This document shows, piece after piece, positions 46,238 to 59,870 of a stretch of DNA of 64,000 nucleotides. Numbering within the stretch: the first letter of the stretch is position 1; each line of letters opens with the position of its first letter. The position numbers and the translations under genes are program-made. The notes below the pieces were generated by a model. The model was not told the DNA's origin, did not search any database, and saw only the letters and a list, made by a program, of their open reading frames with translations. This DNA comes from Eledone cirrhosa (Eukaryota), in NCBI GenBank assembly GCA_964016885.1, contig OZ024742.1:213590001-213654000 (forward strand), read 5' to 3'.

Positions 46238-46983
46238 CATACTATTTATATTATGAGAATAATTTCCGTCTGAAACTTCCGGACACGCATGCGCAATAAT
46301 AAAAGAACAGAAGCACATTTCCTTTTCGTATGTCTATCTCATACAATGTTTCATCGTGCCGTGTTTCTATCATATTTGTATGAAGCATATTGTTAACGTT
46401 TAGACATATTAATAAATCTGTGTGCGCATGTATATTTATGTAACAGGATATTTAAGATTAATGTATGTCCGAGTATCAAAGCCTGTAGCTGTGTAGCAAT
46501 ATCTGTATTTAACTATATATGTATATATAATACAATACAATACAGTACAATATAGTAAGGGGAAACATGATAATAGTACCACTGATGATGTTGCAGATGT
46601 GCAACGAAAGAACTTTGTTAGACTATATGTATATATATATATATTGTCTATACTTTGGGAGGTCATGTTGCCAATAAGAAACACACGCAGTTGCTTTCAC
46701 TTCAATTTATTATAATAAGTTTATAATAAATTTATAAATTTATAAATTTCTGGTTGGTTGGTTGGTTCCACAACCAGATAGTTGTTATATATTGTCATAG
46801 TTCTTTCGTCACACACTCTGTGACCTCTTCAGTGACTGGGGATTCCTTTCTTGTTTCTGTGCCTCTCCTTTGTTCTGTCCTACGCCATTTTGTTTCTGTG
46901 TGTGTGTTGTGTGCTCAGTCTGCGCATGCGCCACATCCGGGTGTCTGTGTGTGTTTATGTTCATTTAAACAAATTCAGAAACG

Positions 46984-47015
<32 letters not shown>

Positions 47016-47020
<5 letters not shown>

Positions 47021-47394
47021 TAAACGGAAAAGAAAATGCTGACAAATTGTTCCCAGTGAAAAATAGTTTAATTAGGAATAAGTAAAAATTAGTAATAGTA
47101 TTGGTTAGTATTCAGTTTTGGTTGCGCATTTCTAGTGCTTTTCAAAAATAATTTTGAGATAGAGCACCCGTGATTTTTGCTCTAATCAGATCAGAGCAAA
47201 CATCACGGGTGCTCTATCTCAAAATTATTTTTGAAAAGCACTAGAAATGCGCAACCAAAACTGAATACTAACCAATACTATTACTAATTTTTACTTATTC
47301 CTAATTAAACTATTTTTCACTGGGAACAATTTGTCAGCATTTTCTTTTCCGTTTACCAATATATCATAACTCGTGTGTTACACCTCTATTCTTT

Positions 47395-47396
<2 letters not shown>
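47016..47396. mobile_element. ~345-bp near-perfect palindrome (centre ~47188) plus short tail between TA tracts
   Basis: 47016-47185 mirrors 47191-47361. Confidence 0.85.
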
Positions 47397-47485
<89 letters not shown>

Positions 47486-47506
47486 GCACTTATTTATAAT
47501 AATAAT

Positions 47507-47565
<59 letters not shown>

Positions 47566-47665
47566 AGAGTTAAACAAGATTCAATGAATACATCAAAGAA
47601 TGAGTTTTACAACAGATTGATTAAATCTTAACCATCTACCATGTCAGGGTATGTCATGTATCATT

Positions 47666-47732
47666 TTATTTATCTGATGAGGACGTACTGTTGAACTTAA
47701 TTAAGTACCTCTGAAATATGTATAATAAAATA
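47666..47732 (+). ncRNA. Type I hammerhead ribozyme (family C relative)
   Basis: TTTAT-CTGATGA-GGACGTACT..AGTACCTCT-GAAA-TATGTA-TA^-ATAAA. Confidence 0.72.
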
Positions 47733-47771
47733 TAATTGATCACAAGAATATCTATTTTGTTAATATTTGAA

Positions 47772-47806
<35 letters not shown>

Positions 47807-48034
47807 GTACTTATTTATAATAATATAACAGTGCATACAATAAATATACACATATATTAGTTTACGTTTATGTGATCGTCACTGTCTACGCATGATTATA
47901 TATTTGTGTGGAAACCCAGGAATCCACAAGTCGATGAGCTATCGATTCTAGAGTCTGGCACCATCACTACCGATCCTACCTTGAGCTGATCGATCGCGAA
48001 ACGTGTGTTACGATCGCGAAACGGGAATTAACAT

Positions 48035-49895
48035 AATGATGTACAACTGACAGCAGAACGGGAATATTCCCAGTTCTGTGAGCCGATGCGTAGTAACGCT
48101 GATAAGGAATGACGAGAACAAGAGAGATATGTTAGATAATTTCAGGCCCATAACTCTGCTAAACACAGAGTTTAATATTTTGGCCAAGGTGTTAGCGAAG
48201 AGGTCGGCGCCTGTCGTCGAGGGTTTGGTAGGGCAGGTGCAAATTTGCGCAATCCCAACCAGGTCCACACGCGACAACCTATACTGCATGTAATACATCA
48301 TATAGATGATAGGGGGTAAACCGGCTTTCGGTGGGCAATGATCAATTTAGATCAATCGAAAGCTTTCAATAGGGTCGACCATCGATACCTGGAGGCTGTC
48401 CTCTTAGCAGCTGGCGTCTGCCCCGTCTTCAGAGGCAGAATCGCTGCAATGCACAACAACATCTATCCAGTGGTCAATCTTTCGAACCGTTTCAGATCAA
48501 GTGATCGGTTCGTGAAGGGAGCCGTCTCTCCTCCTTTCTGTACGTATTGACTCTCGTGTCTTTACTGCGGAAGTTGGAGCTGGTGCAGGGCATCCGCTCG
48601 AACCGGATCGCGGAAAGGCTGTGTCCGTTTATGCGGACCACATCACCGTGTTGGTGGTGAACGCCTACATCGTGTCCGTAATCTACCACCGCCTGACTAT
48701 CGTGCTTTTTCCCCGTTTGCATCTCACCAAATTGGAGCATCTGTTCTTCAATATTTCGTGGAAGGAACAGATTACATTGGTGATGCGGTCCATCTGCTGC
48801 CAGAACCCTCTACACGGAGGGCTGAGCAAACCGTGGTTAATGAGGCGCAAACATGCGCAGAGGGTACGGCATTTTCAGATATTCTTAAACGGTGAACAGA
48901 TGTGGCCGGCGTTTATCAGTCAGGCCTTTACGCAGCTCGTCTCTTTGACAAAGTTGCAATCCTAGACCGAGAAAAGACCGAGACTAGCATCTAGAATGTT
49001 ACCAGGCACTCACTGCCCTTTACAAGATGAGTAATGCGTTCCGTGAAAATTCCACTCTAGTGCTCCATAGAGGATTAGTGGTGGAGAGGTGCGACAACGC
49101 TCTCGAAGAGGCTCTGGACGTCGATGAAATCGAATTGACCAGTTTGTTCCGGAGGACTTTCGAGCTAGGGACTATGGATAACTTCCAGAAATCTCTTGCT
49201 TGGCAGTGCTAACGGGGGAGCACTGCCAGTTCGAGATAAACTCTACAGGCACGGAAGTGCGGTCAGACGGACCTGCTCGGGATGCGCGCTGGGCGACAAA
49301 ACCGTTCTTCACGCACTCGTCCAGTGTCCCTCCATTATTGACTTGTGGTGTTATGCCGAACAGCTGCTGTCGTGTGTGTGACAAATCTGGCTATGGACCG
49401 TGTCTATATTGAACATTGCCCCGCTACCATATTTTGGCCGGCAGGCAGTTTTCCTCTGTCTGGTGACTGTAGTGAAAGAGGTTGTGTGGTGGACCAGGCT
49501 GAAAGGATTGTAGACAGACACTTTTCTCTTCTACAAATCACTCATCAACTTTTTAAAGTTTCACTGGGAAAGGCAGGTGGGGGAGGAGAGAGAAGTGATG
49601 TCTCCTCACCCCACTTCCGGTACATTTTTTAAAGGTGGCTGAATGTTGCAATAATGGCCCGTGAAAATAGGCCTACTCTGGGCATGCACATATAGGTTGG
49701 TAGATTTGAAGGGGAGAGGGGTGCCCTCCCCGGAGGGTCTCGGAGCGTCGGGTGGTTCAGGATTGGTGGGGTATCTGTATCGCACATATTTTCCTTGTTA
49801 TCTTCGCTTTTTACTCGATTTTGTGTAACCTCCCACAGTCCCTTTATTTTGTATTGTCTCCTATATGTAGGCCCTTGTGGCCAATAAAGAAAATA
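48035..49895 (+). mobile_element. Decayed 5'-truncated copy of the Tx1-like LINE with internal deletion
   Basis: NFRPITLLNTEF, LDQSKAFNRVDH, YADHITV fused to NAYIVSVI, MDNFQKSLAWQC, LPVRDKLYRHG; same 3' UTR. Confidence 0.9.
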
Positions 49896-50062
49896 TAATA
49901 TGGTAATATATATATATATATATAGGGAGAGAGAGGGGAGAGGGTAGAGAGAGAGAAAGAAAGAGAGAGAGAATTTACTGGCTCCCACTCATTTTGTTTC
50001 TTTACAATGTCCAATATGATTAATATGATAAAAAATATGTATTGTTATTTTCACTAACGAAG

Positions 50063-50154
<92 letters not shown>

Positions 50155-50208
50155 TCAGCGAGAATCGCATTTCGGCGGGTAGAAAAAGCGAAACGAAACG
50201 CAAAATCG

Positions 50209-50280
<72 letters not shown>

Positions 50281-50333
50281 TCAGCGAGAATCGCATTTCG
50301 GCGGGTAGAAAAAGCGAAACGAAACGCAAATCG

Positions 50334-50388
<55 letters not shown>

Positions 50389-51018
50389 CGTATAAATGCG
50401 CGCGCGCGTGTGTGCACGCGCGGTTTTTATTCACTTCTGCTATCAACACTTCTCTATATAAGTATATATGGTATTTTATTCTCTCTATTCAATCTTCAAA
50501 GCAAGTCTGCATAGATAAAACGAAGGATGGCAACTGTTGCTTCTATTTGTTCCGTAGTATGGCTCATTGCATTCCAGCATTGCCTTAAATACAAGTGCTA
50601 ATTTATTTGAAATAGCAACTGAATTATTATATAATAAAATATATAATATGTACAAATATAATAACGTAAAACAAGATAAAATTAATTAAAATAATAGCAA
50701 TTTTGTAAAATATAAGCATATGAAATATAATATATATTTCTAAATAATATATAAAAAAAATCATAATTTGAAAATTAAGTGTTATAAGAAAATTAAGTAT
50801 ATATTAAAATATTACAAAAATATAACAATACGAGGCAATTAATATAACTAGATAATATACACCATATAAACAATATTATGAGATATTATAAATATAAAAT
50901 ACATAATGTAAATTGAATATAAAATTTAAAAACAATTAAAAGTTGATAATTATATCAAATGTGTACACAGTATAAAATAATGTTAATTGATGAAAAATAT
51001 ATAAAAGAAAGCAAACAA

Positions 51019-51052
<34 letters not shown>

Positions 51053-52065
51053 ATAAATCACATTAAATGGTGTTGTATATAGTAGAAAAAATTATGTGAA
51101 ATATAGAAAATTATTTTAGATAATATAGTGTGAAAAACAGTGAAGTTTTTGCAGTGTAAATTAATAATGAAATAATAATGATAATAATATATAGAGTGTA
51201 CTAAATCAATGTATCTAATTAACATAAAGGTTATTCAGGAAAGAGATCCAAATAGAGGAGGAATGAGAGAGGAAAAACTAAGAGAATAGACAGTGAAAGT
51301 GAATATGGGGGGGGGGGGCAAGAGAGAGGAAGGGATAAGAGAGAGAGAGAGAGAGAGAGAGGGGGAGGGGGAGATAGTGCGAGGAAGAGAGTGGACAGAC
51401 AAAAGAAGAAATAAATATAGACAAAAGGGGAATAGAAATGAGTGGTGAATGGATAAGAAACGTGGGAGATGTGAAAGGGTGATCAATGAGAGAAGGGAGA
51501 GAGTTTAAGAGAACAATCAGAGTGAAACTGAATGAAAAGAAGGGGAGAGAGATGGAGAAAGAGAAGTGATTTGGTATGAAATGCGGATAAGAGAAATAAA
51601 TATGTGAGAGTTTTGTGTGAGAGAGAGAGAGAGAGAGAGTTTTGTGTGTGAGAGAGAGAGAGAGAGAGATGGGAGAGAGAGAGAGAGAGAGAGATGGGAG
51701 AGAGAGAGAGAGAGAGAGAGAGATGGGAGAGACAAAAGATGAAGAGAAAGGGGAGAGAATGTGAGAGATAACATTATAAAAACAGTGAAGAGAGTAAGAT
51801 AGGCGGAGGTGTAAGAATAAGAGAAAGAGAGAAAAACAGTAAAAGGTGAAAAGGAAGAAAAACAGAAGCTAAGTGAGAGACTAAGCGTGAAATACATGTG
51901 TGTGTGTGTGTTATGTTCTTATGTGTGTGTAGAAAGCTTCTAGAAGGTAGGATAGAAAGAACAAGAAAAAGATACTTGAGTGGAGTAAAGGATGTGTTAT
52001 GAGTATATGTGTGAGTGGGTGTATCGTTGTATCATGTAACTGTAAACATATTTACACACACATCT

Positions 52066-52150
<85 letters not shown>

Positions 52151-52158
52151 GGGGGTGA

Positions 52159-52190
<32 letters not shown>

Positions 52191-52421
52191 GTGGTAAGAA
52201 ACTCTTAGGAGATAGTTGGAAACCGGAAGGTTTTCAGAGAGGATACCCCCGTCAAGCAAGTGTTTCTGCCCTTAGCTTTCGACTATATTTTCATCATCGC
52301 AGATTGAGCAAGTTGGTCCTCATGGCTAACGAAACGTACGTGCCTGTTAAGGCACCATTGCAGTAACTGGCCTTGATAATTATTTACACATACATATATA
52401 TATATATGAATACATCCATAC

Positions 52422-52510
<89 letters not shown>

Positions 52511-52821
52511 CATATATATATATAGAGAGAGGGGGGGGGGGCGAGAGAGAGAAAGAGAGCGAGAGAGAGAAACAGAGAGAGAGAGAAACAGAGAGAGAAA
52601 GAGACAAACACAGATATATGATTTCAGTCTTATCCATACAGACTTACATGTGTATATACTGTATATCAGTCAGTGTATATGATTGCGTGTGTACACATAA
52701 TTGTACGCCTTAGCTGTGTACAATTCTGACAGTATGCACTGTATATGAGTTTTCGGTTGAGTGAGAGTATATATATATATATACTGTGAGTATATATATA
52801 CTGTATATATATTGAGTGAGA

Positions 52822-52850
<29 letters not shown>

Positions 52851-52853
<3 letters not shown>

Positions 52854-53119
52854 CGAAGGAAATGTGGTAAGGAACCAGGTGGACCATAACGCACCAAAGT
52901 ACTCAATACTCAGGGTAGTAGAGTGGGTAATAGGAACCAGTAAGACCCCGACGGCTGAGCTCAAGCCGTTTCGACGGCTAATTCTGGACGCGTCTGTGTG
53001 TGACGAACAGAAGTGTGTGTGTGTATGAATGCATGTGTGTTTGTGAGAATGTGTGTGTTTTTGTCCAGAATTAGCCGTCGAAACGGCTTGAGCTCAGCCG
53101 TCGGGGTCTTACTGGTTCC

Positions 53120-53120
<1 letters not shown>
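52851..53120. mobile_element. Family E TA/CA-anchored fold-back element (other copies 54897-55042, 56181-56377, 58625-58759)
   Basis: Shared terminus TAACGAAGGAAATGTGGTAAGGAACC next to (TA)n; arms carry GAAA-CGGCTtgagctcAGCCG-TC^-GGGGTC. Confidence 0.8.
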
Positions 53121-53152
<32 letters not shown>

Positions 53153-53744
53153 TTATATATTCCTAACGATCGACTTTCGTCAAATCGGACCGAGGAAACA
53201 GTGTTGCTTATACTACCTATCGGTCGCAACTCCAGGTAGAAGGAGCAACGTGAAATAAAGTGTCTTGCTCAAGGACATAACGCATCGCCCGGTCCAGGAA
53301 TCGAACTCACAACCTCACGATTGCGAATCCAGTTCTCTAACCACTCAGCCACACGCCTTCACTATATATATATATATATATATATGCAGCGACAAGTTCC
53401 AGTAAACATTTCTCTGCTTGTATATAGCGAGTGTGTGTATGTGTGTGATAAATGTCGCTGTTTTTTATATTACTATGCATGTGATCATTTACATATGATT
53501 CTATTTATGTGTGTGTATGTATTTGTGCGTGTTTGTGCATGTTTGTGCATGAATGTTCGCGCGTGATTGCTTATATACGTATATAAAAGAGGAGTATGTG
53601 TGTGTTAGTGTGTGTGTGTGTGAGTGTGTGAGAGTGTGTGTGTGTGTGCAGCTATTTGTCAGGCAACAAAGATAACAACAGTTGTTTTCGCATTGATGGG
53701 GGCTGACAACATACTACACTGATTGCCATCTTTAGTTCAACGAA

Positions 53745-54093
53745 CTCTAAACACACACACAAACACACACACACACACACATACAAACAAACACAGACAC
53801 GCACACACACAAACAAACACACACAGACACGCACGCACACACACAAACACACACACGCACGCACGCACACACACACACACACATGCACACACACAGACAC
53901 GCACGCACGCACATGCACACACACACAAAAACACACACAGAGACGCAAACACACGCACGCACGCACGCACGCATAAAAACGCACGCACATGCAGGCATGC
54001 ACACACACACACAAACACACATTCTCACAAACACAGACATACACACACGCATTCATACACACACACACTTCTGTTCCTCACACACAGACACAG

Positions 54094-54127
<34 letters not shown>

Positions 54128-54550
54128 TCTCACCAACAGTCATACAAAAACACACACAAACACACACATTCTCACAAACACAGACATACACAGATGCATT
54201 CATACACACACACACTTCTGTTCGTCACACACAGACACAGATACACACACACACACACACACACACATTCTCACCAACACAGTCATACTCACACGCATAC
54301 AAAACCACACACAAACACACATTCTCACAAACACACATGCATTCATACACACACACACTTCTGTTCGTCACACACAGACACAGATACACACACACACACA
54401 CACACACACATTCTCACAAACACAGTCATACTCACACGCATACTAACTATACACACATTCTCACAAACACACACACATTCTCAGAAACACAGACATACAC
54501 ACACACATTCATACACACACACATTCATACACACACATACTTCTGTTCGT
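53745..54550. repeat. Complex CA-rich repeat with ~120-135-bp higher-order units
   Basis: CATTCATACAC..CTTCTGTTCGTCACACACAGAC recurs four times. Confidence 0.85.
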
Positions 54551-54813
54551 TAATCTCTCATTCTTTATTTCTCTCATTCGTATGTCTGATTATATCTATC
54601 AGTCGTGTGTAAATCAATCAATACCACACGCACGGATATCCAGCCAGACGATATCCAGCCAGACAGACAAATATAGATGTGTGTCCTTTTCACACCCTCT
54701 GTCTTGTTGTCAGATTGTCACATGCATAGCCACTTCCATCTCACCAGTTCTCTTCTTCACTCAGCATCCATCTATCTATCTATTCATCCATCCACCCCTT
54801 CCATCTATATCTT

Positions 54814-54863
<50 letters not shown>

Positions 54864-54868
54864 TCTCT

Positions 54869-54899
<31 letters not shown>

Positions 54900-55067
54900 A
54901 GCGTCAGGACCCCCGACGGCTGAGCTCCGGCCGTTTCGACAGCTAGATCCGAACTGAGTTCGGGGTCCTGACTCTTTTCCTATTACCTACTCTACTACCC
55001 TAAGTATCGAGTACTCTGGTGCGTTATGGTCCTCCTGGTTCCTTACCACACTTTCTTTGTTACACAC

Positions 55068-55149
<82 letters not shown>

Positions 55150-55324
55150 TATTAACAAATGGAAACTATATTTATAAAACCATATTATATATATATATAT
55201 ATATAATTGGTGTGGGATGGTTAAAGCGTCCGTAAGCGGTAGGCCGTTTGAGCACTCGATGCTCTTACAGAGCAACACTGATTCTCCGTTTCTTATGTGA
55301 TATATATATATATATCTATCTATC

Positions 55325-56143
55325 TAAGGCGGGTAAAATTCCCGAGATCCATGGACGAGTTCTCTCCAGCGGTCTCTGTCCCTCATTATCGCTGCCATAT
55401 CCTGCATCTCCAACAGACCAGTGTCTGTCCTTAGGGCATCAACATATGTTAACCTTGGTCTTCCTCTTCTAGTGTGTCCATATAGGGGCTCCCAAAGGAG
55501 CACTGAGTGCAATGTCAACTCTGGATGTCGGTGAGCATGTCCAGCCAACCTCAGTCTTCTCTGTGTCACTTTTGAGCTGACTTTTGGGATGCTCCCATAC
55601 AGCTCTGAGTTTTTCATCCTCAGTGTATACTGATTAATGTTCAGAGCCATCCTCAGCATTCTCGTGTAGCACCCATCCACCATCTGAGTGAGTCTTTTGG
55701 TCAGTGTCCAAGTCTCAGACCCATACAGCTTTACTGTAGCACCGGCTCAGAGCAGGAGAGTTGGGGCGAAAAAGGTAACGGATGCTGAATTTGCCGACGA
55801 CATAGTTTTGGTGACAAATACAGTGAAGGAGGCAGAGGATTTGATGCGGGAGGTTGAGACTGTGTCGATGAGTGTGGGGCTGAGAATGAATGAGACTAAA
55901 ACAAAATATCTGGTAGAGAATGTTGAGAAGCCAGAGGGGATCACTAATGTAGGCGGGAAGCCGCTGGAATTGGTTGAGGACTTCCTGTATTTGGGAGCAA
56001 AGATTGGGAATACGGAAGATGATGTGGTTGAGAGGAAGAGCAAGGCCTGGGCGGCGTGTCACAGCTTGAGATCGGTGTGGAAGTCGGACCTTCGTAGAGA
56101 CCTGAAAATCCGCCTCTTCATTGCTGTAGTGGAGTCTGTGCTG

Positions 56144-56149
<6 letters not shown>
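55325..56149. mobile_element. RTE LINE fragment with internal inversion
   Basis: Plus 55730-56149: EFADDIVL..FLYLGA..AVVESVLLY. Minus 55729-55325: LYGSETWTLTK..DGCYTRMLR..GRPRLTYVD. Confidence 0.9.
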
Positions 56150-56183
<34 letters not shown>

Positions 56184-56377
56184 CGAAGGAAATGTGGTAA
56201 GGAACCAGATGGACCATAACGCACCAAAGTACTCAATATTTAGGGTAGTAGAGTGGGTAATAGGAACGAGTAGGACCCCGACAGCTGAGCTCAAGCCGTT
56301 TCTACGGCTAATTCTGGACGTCCAGAATTAGCCGTCGAAACGGCTTGAGCTCAGCCGTCGGGGTCCTACTCGTTCCT

Positions 56378-56720
56378 TTGCAGCATAGAGTTGTGGCCAT
56401 TTACGTTCTGAGTTAAAATCCCGTCTAAGTTAACATTGCCTTTCATCGTTACGGGGGTCGATAAAATAAAGCACCAATAACGTACTGGGGTCGTTTTAAT
56501 CGACTCCCCCCCAAAAAAAGATTACTGGCCTTGTGCCTATTAGCAGTATCGGTAGAGGGTTGGACGCCATGCTTTCTAGCATAGTTACGTCCCTTTACAG
56601 TCTGAGTTCAAATCCCGCGGAGGTTAACTTTGTCTTTCATCCTTACGGAGTCGATAAAATAAAGTACCAGTAATGTACTGGGTAATTTGCTGGCCTTGTG
56701 TCTAAAGTAGAAACAATTAT
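56378..56720 (+). mobile_element. Two tandem SINEs of the GCCTTTCATCC..GTCGATAAAATAAAGTACC family
   Basis: B-box-like GAGTTCAAATCCC plus shared core; many diverged copies (e.g. 20575-20745, 32185-32400, 32650-32800, 34020-34112). Confidence 0.75.
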
Positions 56721-56731
56721 TATTATTATTG

Positions 56732-56797
<66 letters not shown>

Positions 56798-56882
56798 CAA
56801 TAATAATAATAATATATACAACAGAAATGGTCGCATTCTTTAAGGGTATGTCAATATTTATTTATAAAACTGCTCTATATTA

Positions 56883-56947
56883 TATTTCATCTGATGAAAG
56901 CACAGCATAATTTAACTTGGTGTCCTTGAAATATGTATAATGAAATA
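56883..56947 (+). ncRNA. Type I hammerhead ribozyme (family C)
   Basis: TATTTCAT-CTGATGA..GAAA-TATGTA-TA^-ATGAAATA; perfect stem I. Confidence 0.82.
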
Positions 56948-57492
56948 AATATTGTTTTATAAATATAGTTTTCATTTGTTAATATATCGTATTTTTTAAT
57001 ATATCGTATTTTTACTCCAATAATTTGTTGAGTGCTTTATATCAGTTATAAAAATATTTGCTTGTTGTATCCCAACAATTTAAATAGAACTTCTACATAT
57101 ATATATATATATATATATATATGTGTCTTCATTTATTAATATTCTGAATAATATTAATAACTCCAGAAAGCGTCCTTGTAGAGTGCTTTTAATCTATTGT
57201 AAAACTATATTCATTGAGTAATCAATGAACCATGTTAATCTTTGCTCATATATATATATATATATATATATTTTTTTCTAGTCGATCGACTTTCGTCAAA
57301 TCGGACCGAGGAAACTATGTTTCCGTTGGTCTTTCCAATTGCTAATACTATCTATCGGTCGCAACTCCAGGTAGAAGGAGCAACGTGAAATAAAGTGTCT
57401 TGCTCAAGGACATAACGCATCGCCTGGTTCAGGAATCGAACTCACAACCTCACGATTGTGAATCGAATACTCTAACCACTCAGCCACACGCC

Positions 57493-57527
<35 letters not shown>

Positions 57528-57530
57528 ATT

Positions 57531-57567
<37 letters not shown>

Positions 57568-57894
57568 ATTTACATATATATATAAAGTCATAGATATATA
57601 TGTGTTTTGCAACCGGCCACGTTGTGGCTCAATGAGAAATTAATAAATTAAATAAAATAATCAGAACTATATATCATAAAATATGTCTTTAGAATCACTA
57701 GATATAATATATACCATTTCCTCTCCCAATTAGTATAATTAGCTATAAGAATAAAGGCTCCTATGAAGAATTCATAGAAGCCTACTAATCACATCCTTTC
57801 TAACTTGACCGCTGCCACGTCACGATTCTTAGGCATTTTTGAATGTATTTTTGGCGCGATCACTTTGGAAAATTAAATGTCTTATTTTGAGCTC

Positions 57895-57970
57895 GCTCCT
57901 GATGATTCCGAAGCTCTGGACATTCCTTGTTATCGGTTGTCTTAAAATACGGATGAAACCATGGTAGAGT
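57895..57970 (+). ncRNA. Type I hammerhead ribozyme inside inverted-end element 57668-58252
   Basis: GCTC-CTGATGA-TTCCG...CGGAT-GAAA-CCATGG-TA^-GAGT. Confidence 0.72.
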
Positions 57971-58567
57971 TAATTAGGTATCTACGCAATTCTTCTAAGT
58001 TCAATTTTACACCTAATTGTATTTAGTTGACTGTATATCTGGTCGATTTTTACATGCTGTCGAAATGTTAGATAAATAATCTATTGTAGCCACCGCGAAG
58101 GGGCTGCTTACTGTTATTTATCGGAGATTTCTTCATAGGAGCCTTTATTCTCATAGCTTGGTCTAATTGATTTTTTATATGGTTAATTATACTAATTGGG
58201 AGAGGAAATGGTATATATTATATCTAGTGATTCTAAAGACATATTTTATGATATATATATATATATATATATACATCACTCCTATCCATATAGATGTTTC
58301 GTGCATAGTCACTCATTTGGGCACATATTTAACAATCAGACAGTCATTCTTCCTTTATCACACTTTTTGGTCAAGCTCAAAGACACACACACATACGCAC
58401 GCCCACACACAGGCGCGCGCGGGTATATTTGTCTCTTTTTACCCTCTCCATTCAATCCAATATGGAATATGTCATATCTCTTTCTCTCTCTCTTTCTTTC
58501 TTTCTATTCTATTCTATCTTCGCCCCCTCCCCCTCCCCATTTCTCGGACATATATAAGTAGTATATG

Positions 58568-58627
<60 letters not shown>

Positions 58628-58780
58628 CGGAAGAAATGTGGTAAGGAACCAGGTGGACCATAACGCACCAAAGTACTCAATACTTAGGGCAGTAGAGTGG
58701 GTAATAGTTAGAAACGTCGAAACGGCTTGAGCTCAGCCGTCGGGGTCCTACTCGTTCCTATATATATATATATATATATA

Positions 58781-59265
58781 GAATAGAATGAAACGAAATT
58801 TCATTTCTCACTCTTAGTCGGCACTTATTTAAATGTAAGTATGTATGTATGTATAGGTACATACATATATGTATACAAACGTACAGTAATATGTATATAT
58901 ATATATACACACATGCACGCATATATATATGCACGTATCGGTTTATCGAACATTTATTATAATGCTGGTTTGTTTGTTTGTAAACAAACAGCCCGAATTA
59001 CGCCGTACAGTGTTTAGGCAACAACGTCACCTTTTTATTCAACACTGACACAGGAACGATGTACTAGTTTCAAGCTTATTAGCTATCGTCAGCATCATAT
59101 ACCTTCCTGCCAGATGGTTGAACGTCTGAAAGTATATACTTTCCTTATAAATATTAACGGCTGAGCAGCCTAATTTGCATAACCGATACGTGCATATATA
59201 TATGTGTGCATGTGTGTATATATATATACATACTACTGTACGTCTGTATACATATATGAATGTAC

Positions 59266-59352
<87 letters not shown>

Positions 59353-59870
59353 GAGAGAGACAGAGAGAATAGAATGAAACGAAATTTCATTTCTCACTCT
59401 TAGTCGGCACTTACTTAAATGTAAGTATGTATGTATGTATACGTACATACATATATGTATACAAACGTACAGTAATATGTATATATATACACACATGCAC
59501 ACATATATATATGCACGTATCGGTTTATCGAACATTTATTATAATGCTGGTTTGTTTGTTTGTAAACAAACAGCCCGAATTACGCCGTACAGTGTTTAGG
59601 CAACAACGTCACCTTTTTATTCAACACTGACACAGGAACGATGTACTAGTTTCAAGCTTATTAGCTAACGCCAGCATCATATACCTTCCTGCCAGATGGT
59701 TGAACGTCTGAAAGTATATACTTTCCTTATGCATATTAACGGCTGAGCAGCCTAATTTGCATAACCGATACGTGCATATATATATGTGTGCATGTGTGTA
59801 TATATATACATACTACTGTACGTCTGTATACATAGATGTATGTACGTATATATATATATATATATATATT
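58781..59870. repeat. Tandem duplication (~582-bp period) of an inverted-end HHR element
   Basis: 58781-59270 nearly identical to 59367-59850. Confidence 0.88.
59056..59098 (-). ncRNA. Minimal type I hammerhead ribozyme (43 nt); core-mutated duplicate at 59638-59680
   Basis: ATGATG-CTGACGA-TAGCT aata AGCTT-GAAA-CTAG-TA^-CATCGT. Confidence 0.85.

Noticed and set aside
46574-46625. CTGATGA-T-GTTGCA..TGCAAC-GAAA hammerhead candidate
   Set aside because: Stems I and III are weak; kept only as a possible decayed copy
47931-48025. TCGATGA-GCTATCGAT..ATCGATCGC-GAAA-CGTGTG candidate related to 37352-37410
   Set aside because: Core is mutated and stem I is not recoverable; not listed as a ribozyme feature
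52298-52346. Hairpin-GAAA-CGTACG motif
   Set aside because: No CUGANGA and a non-cleavable triplet; too degenerate to call
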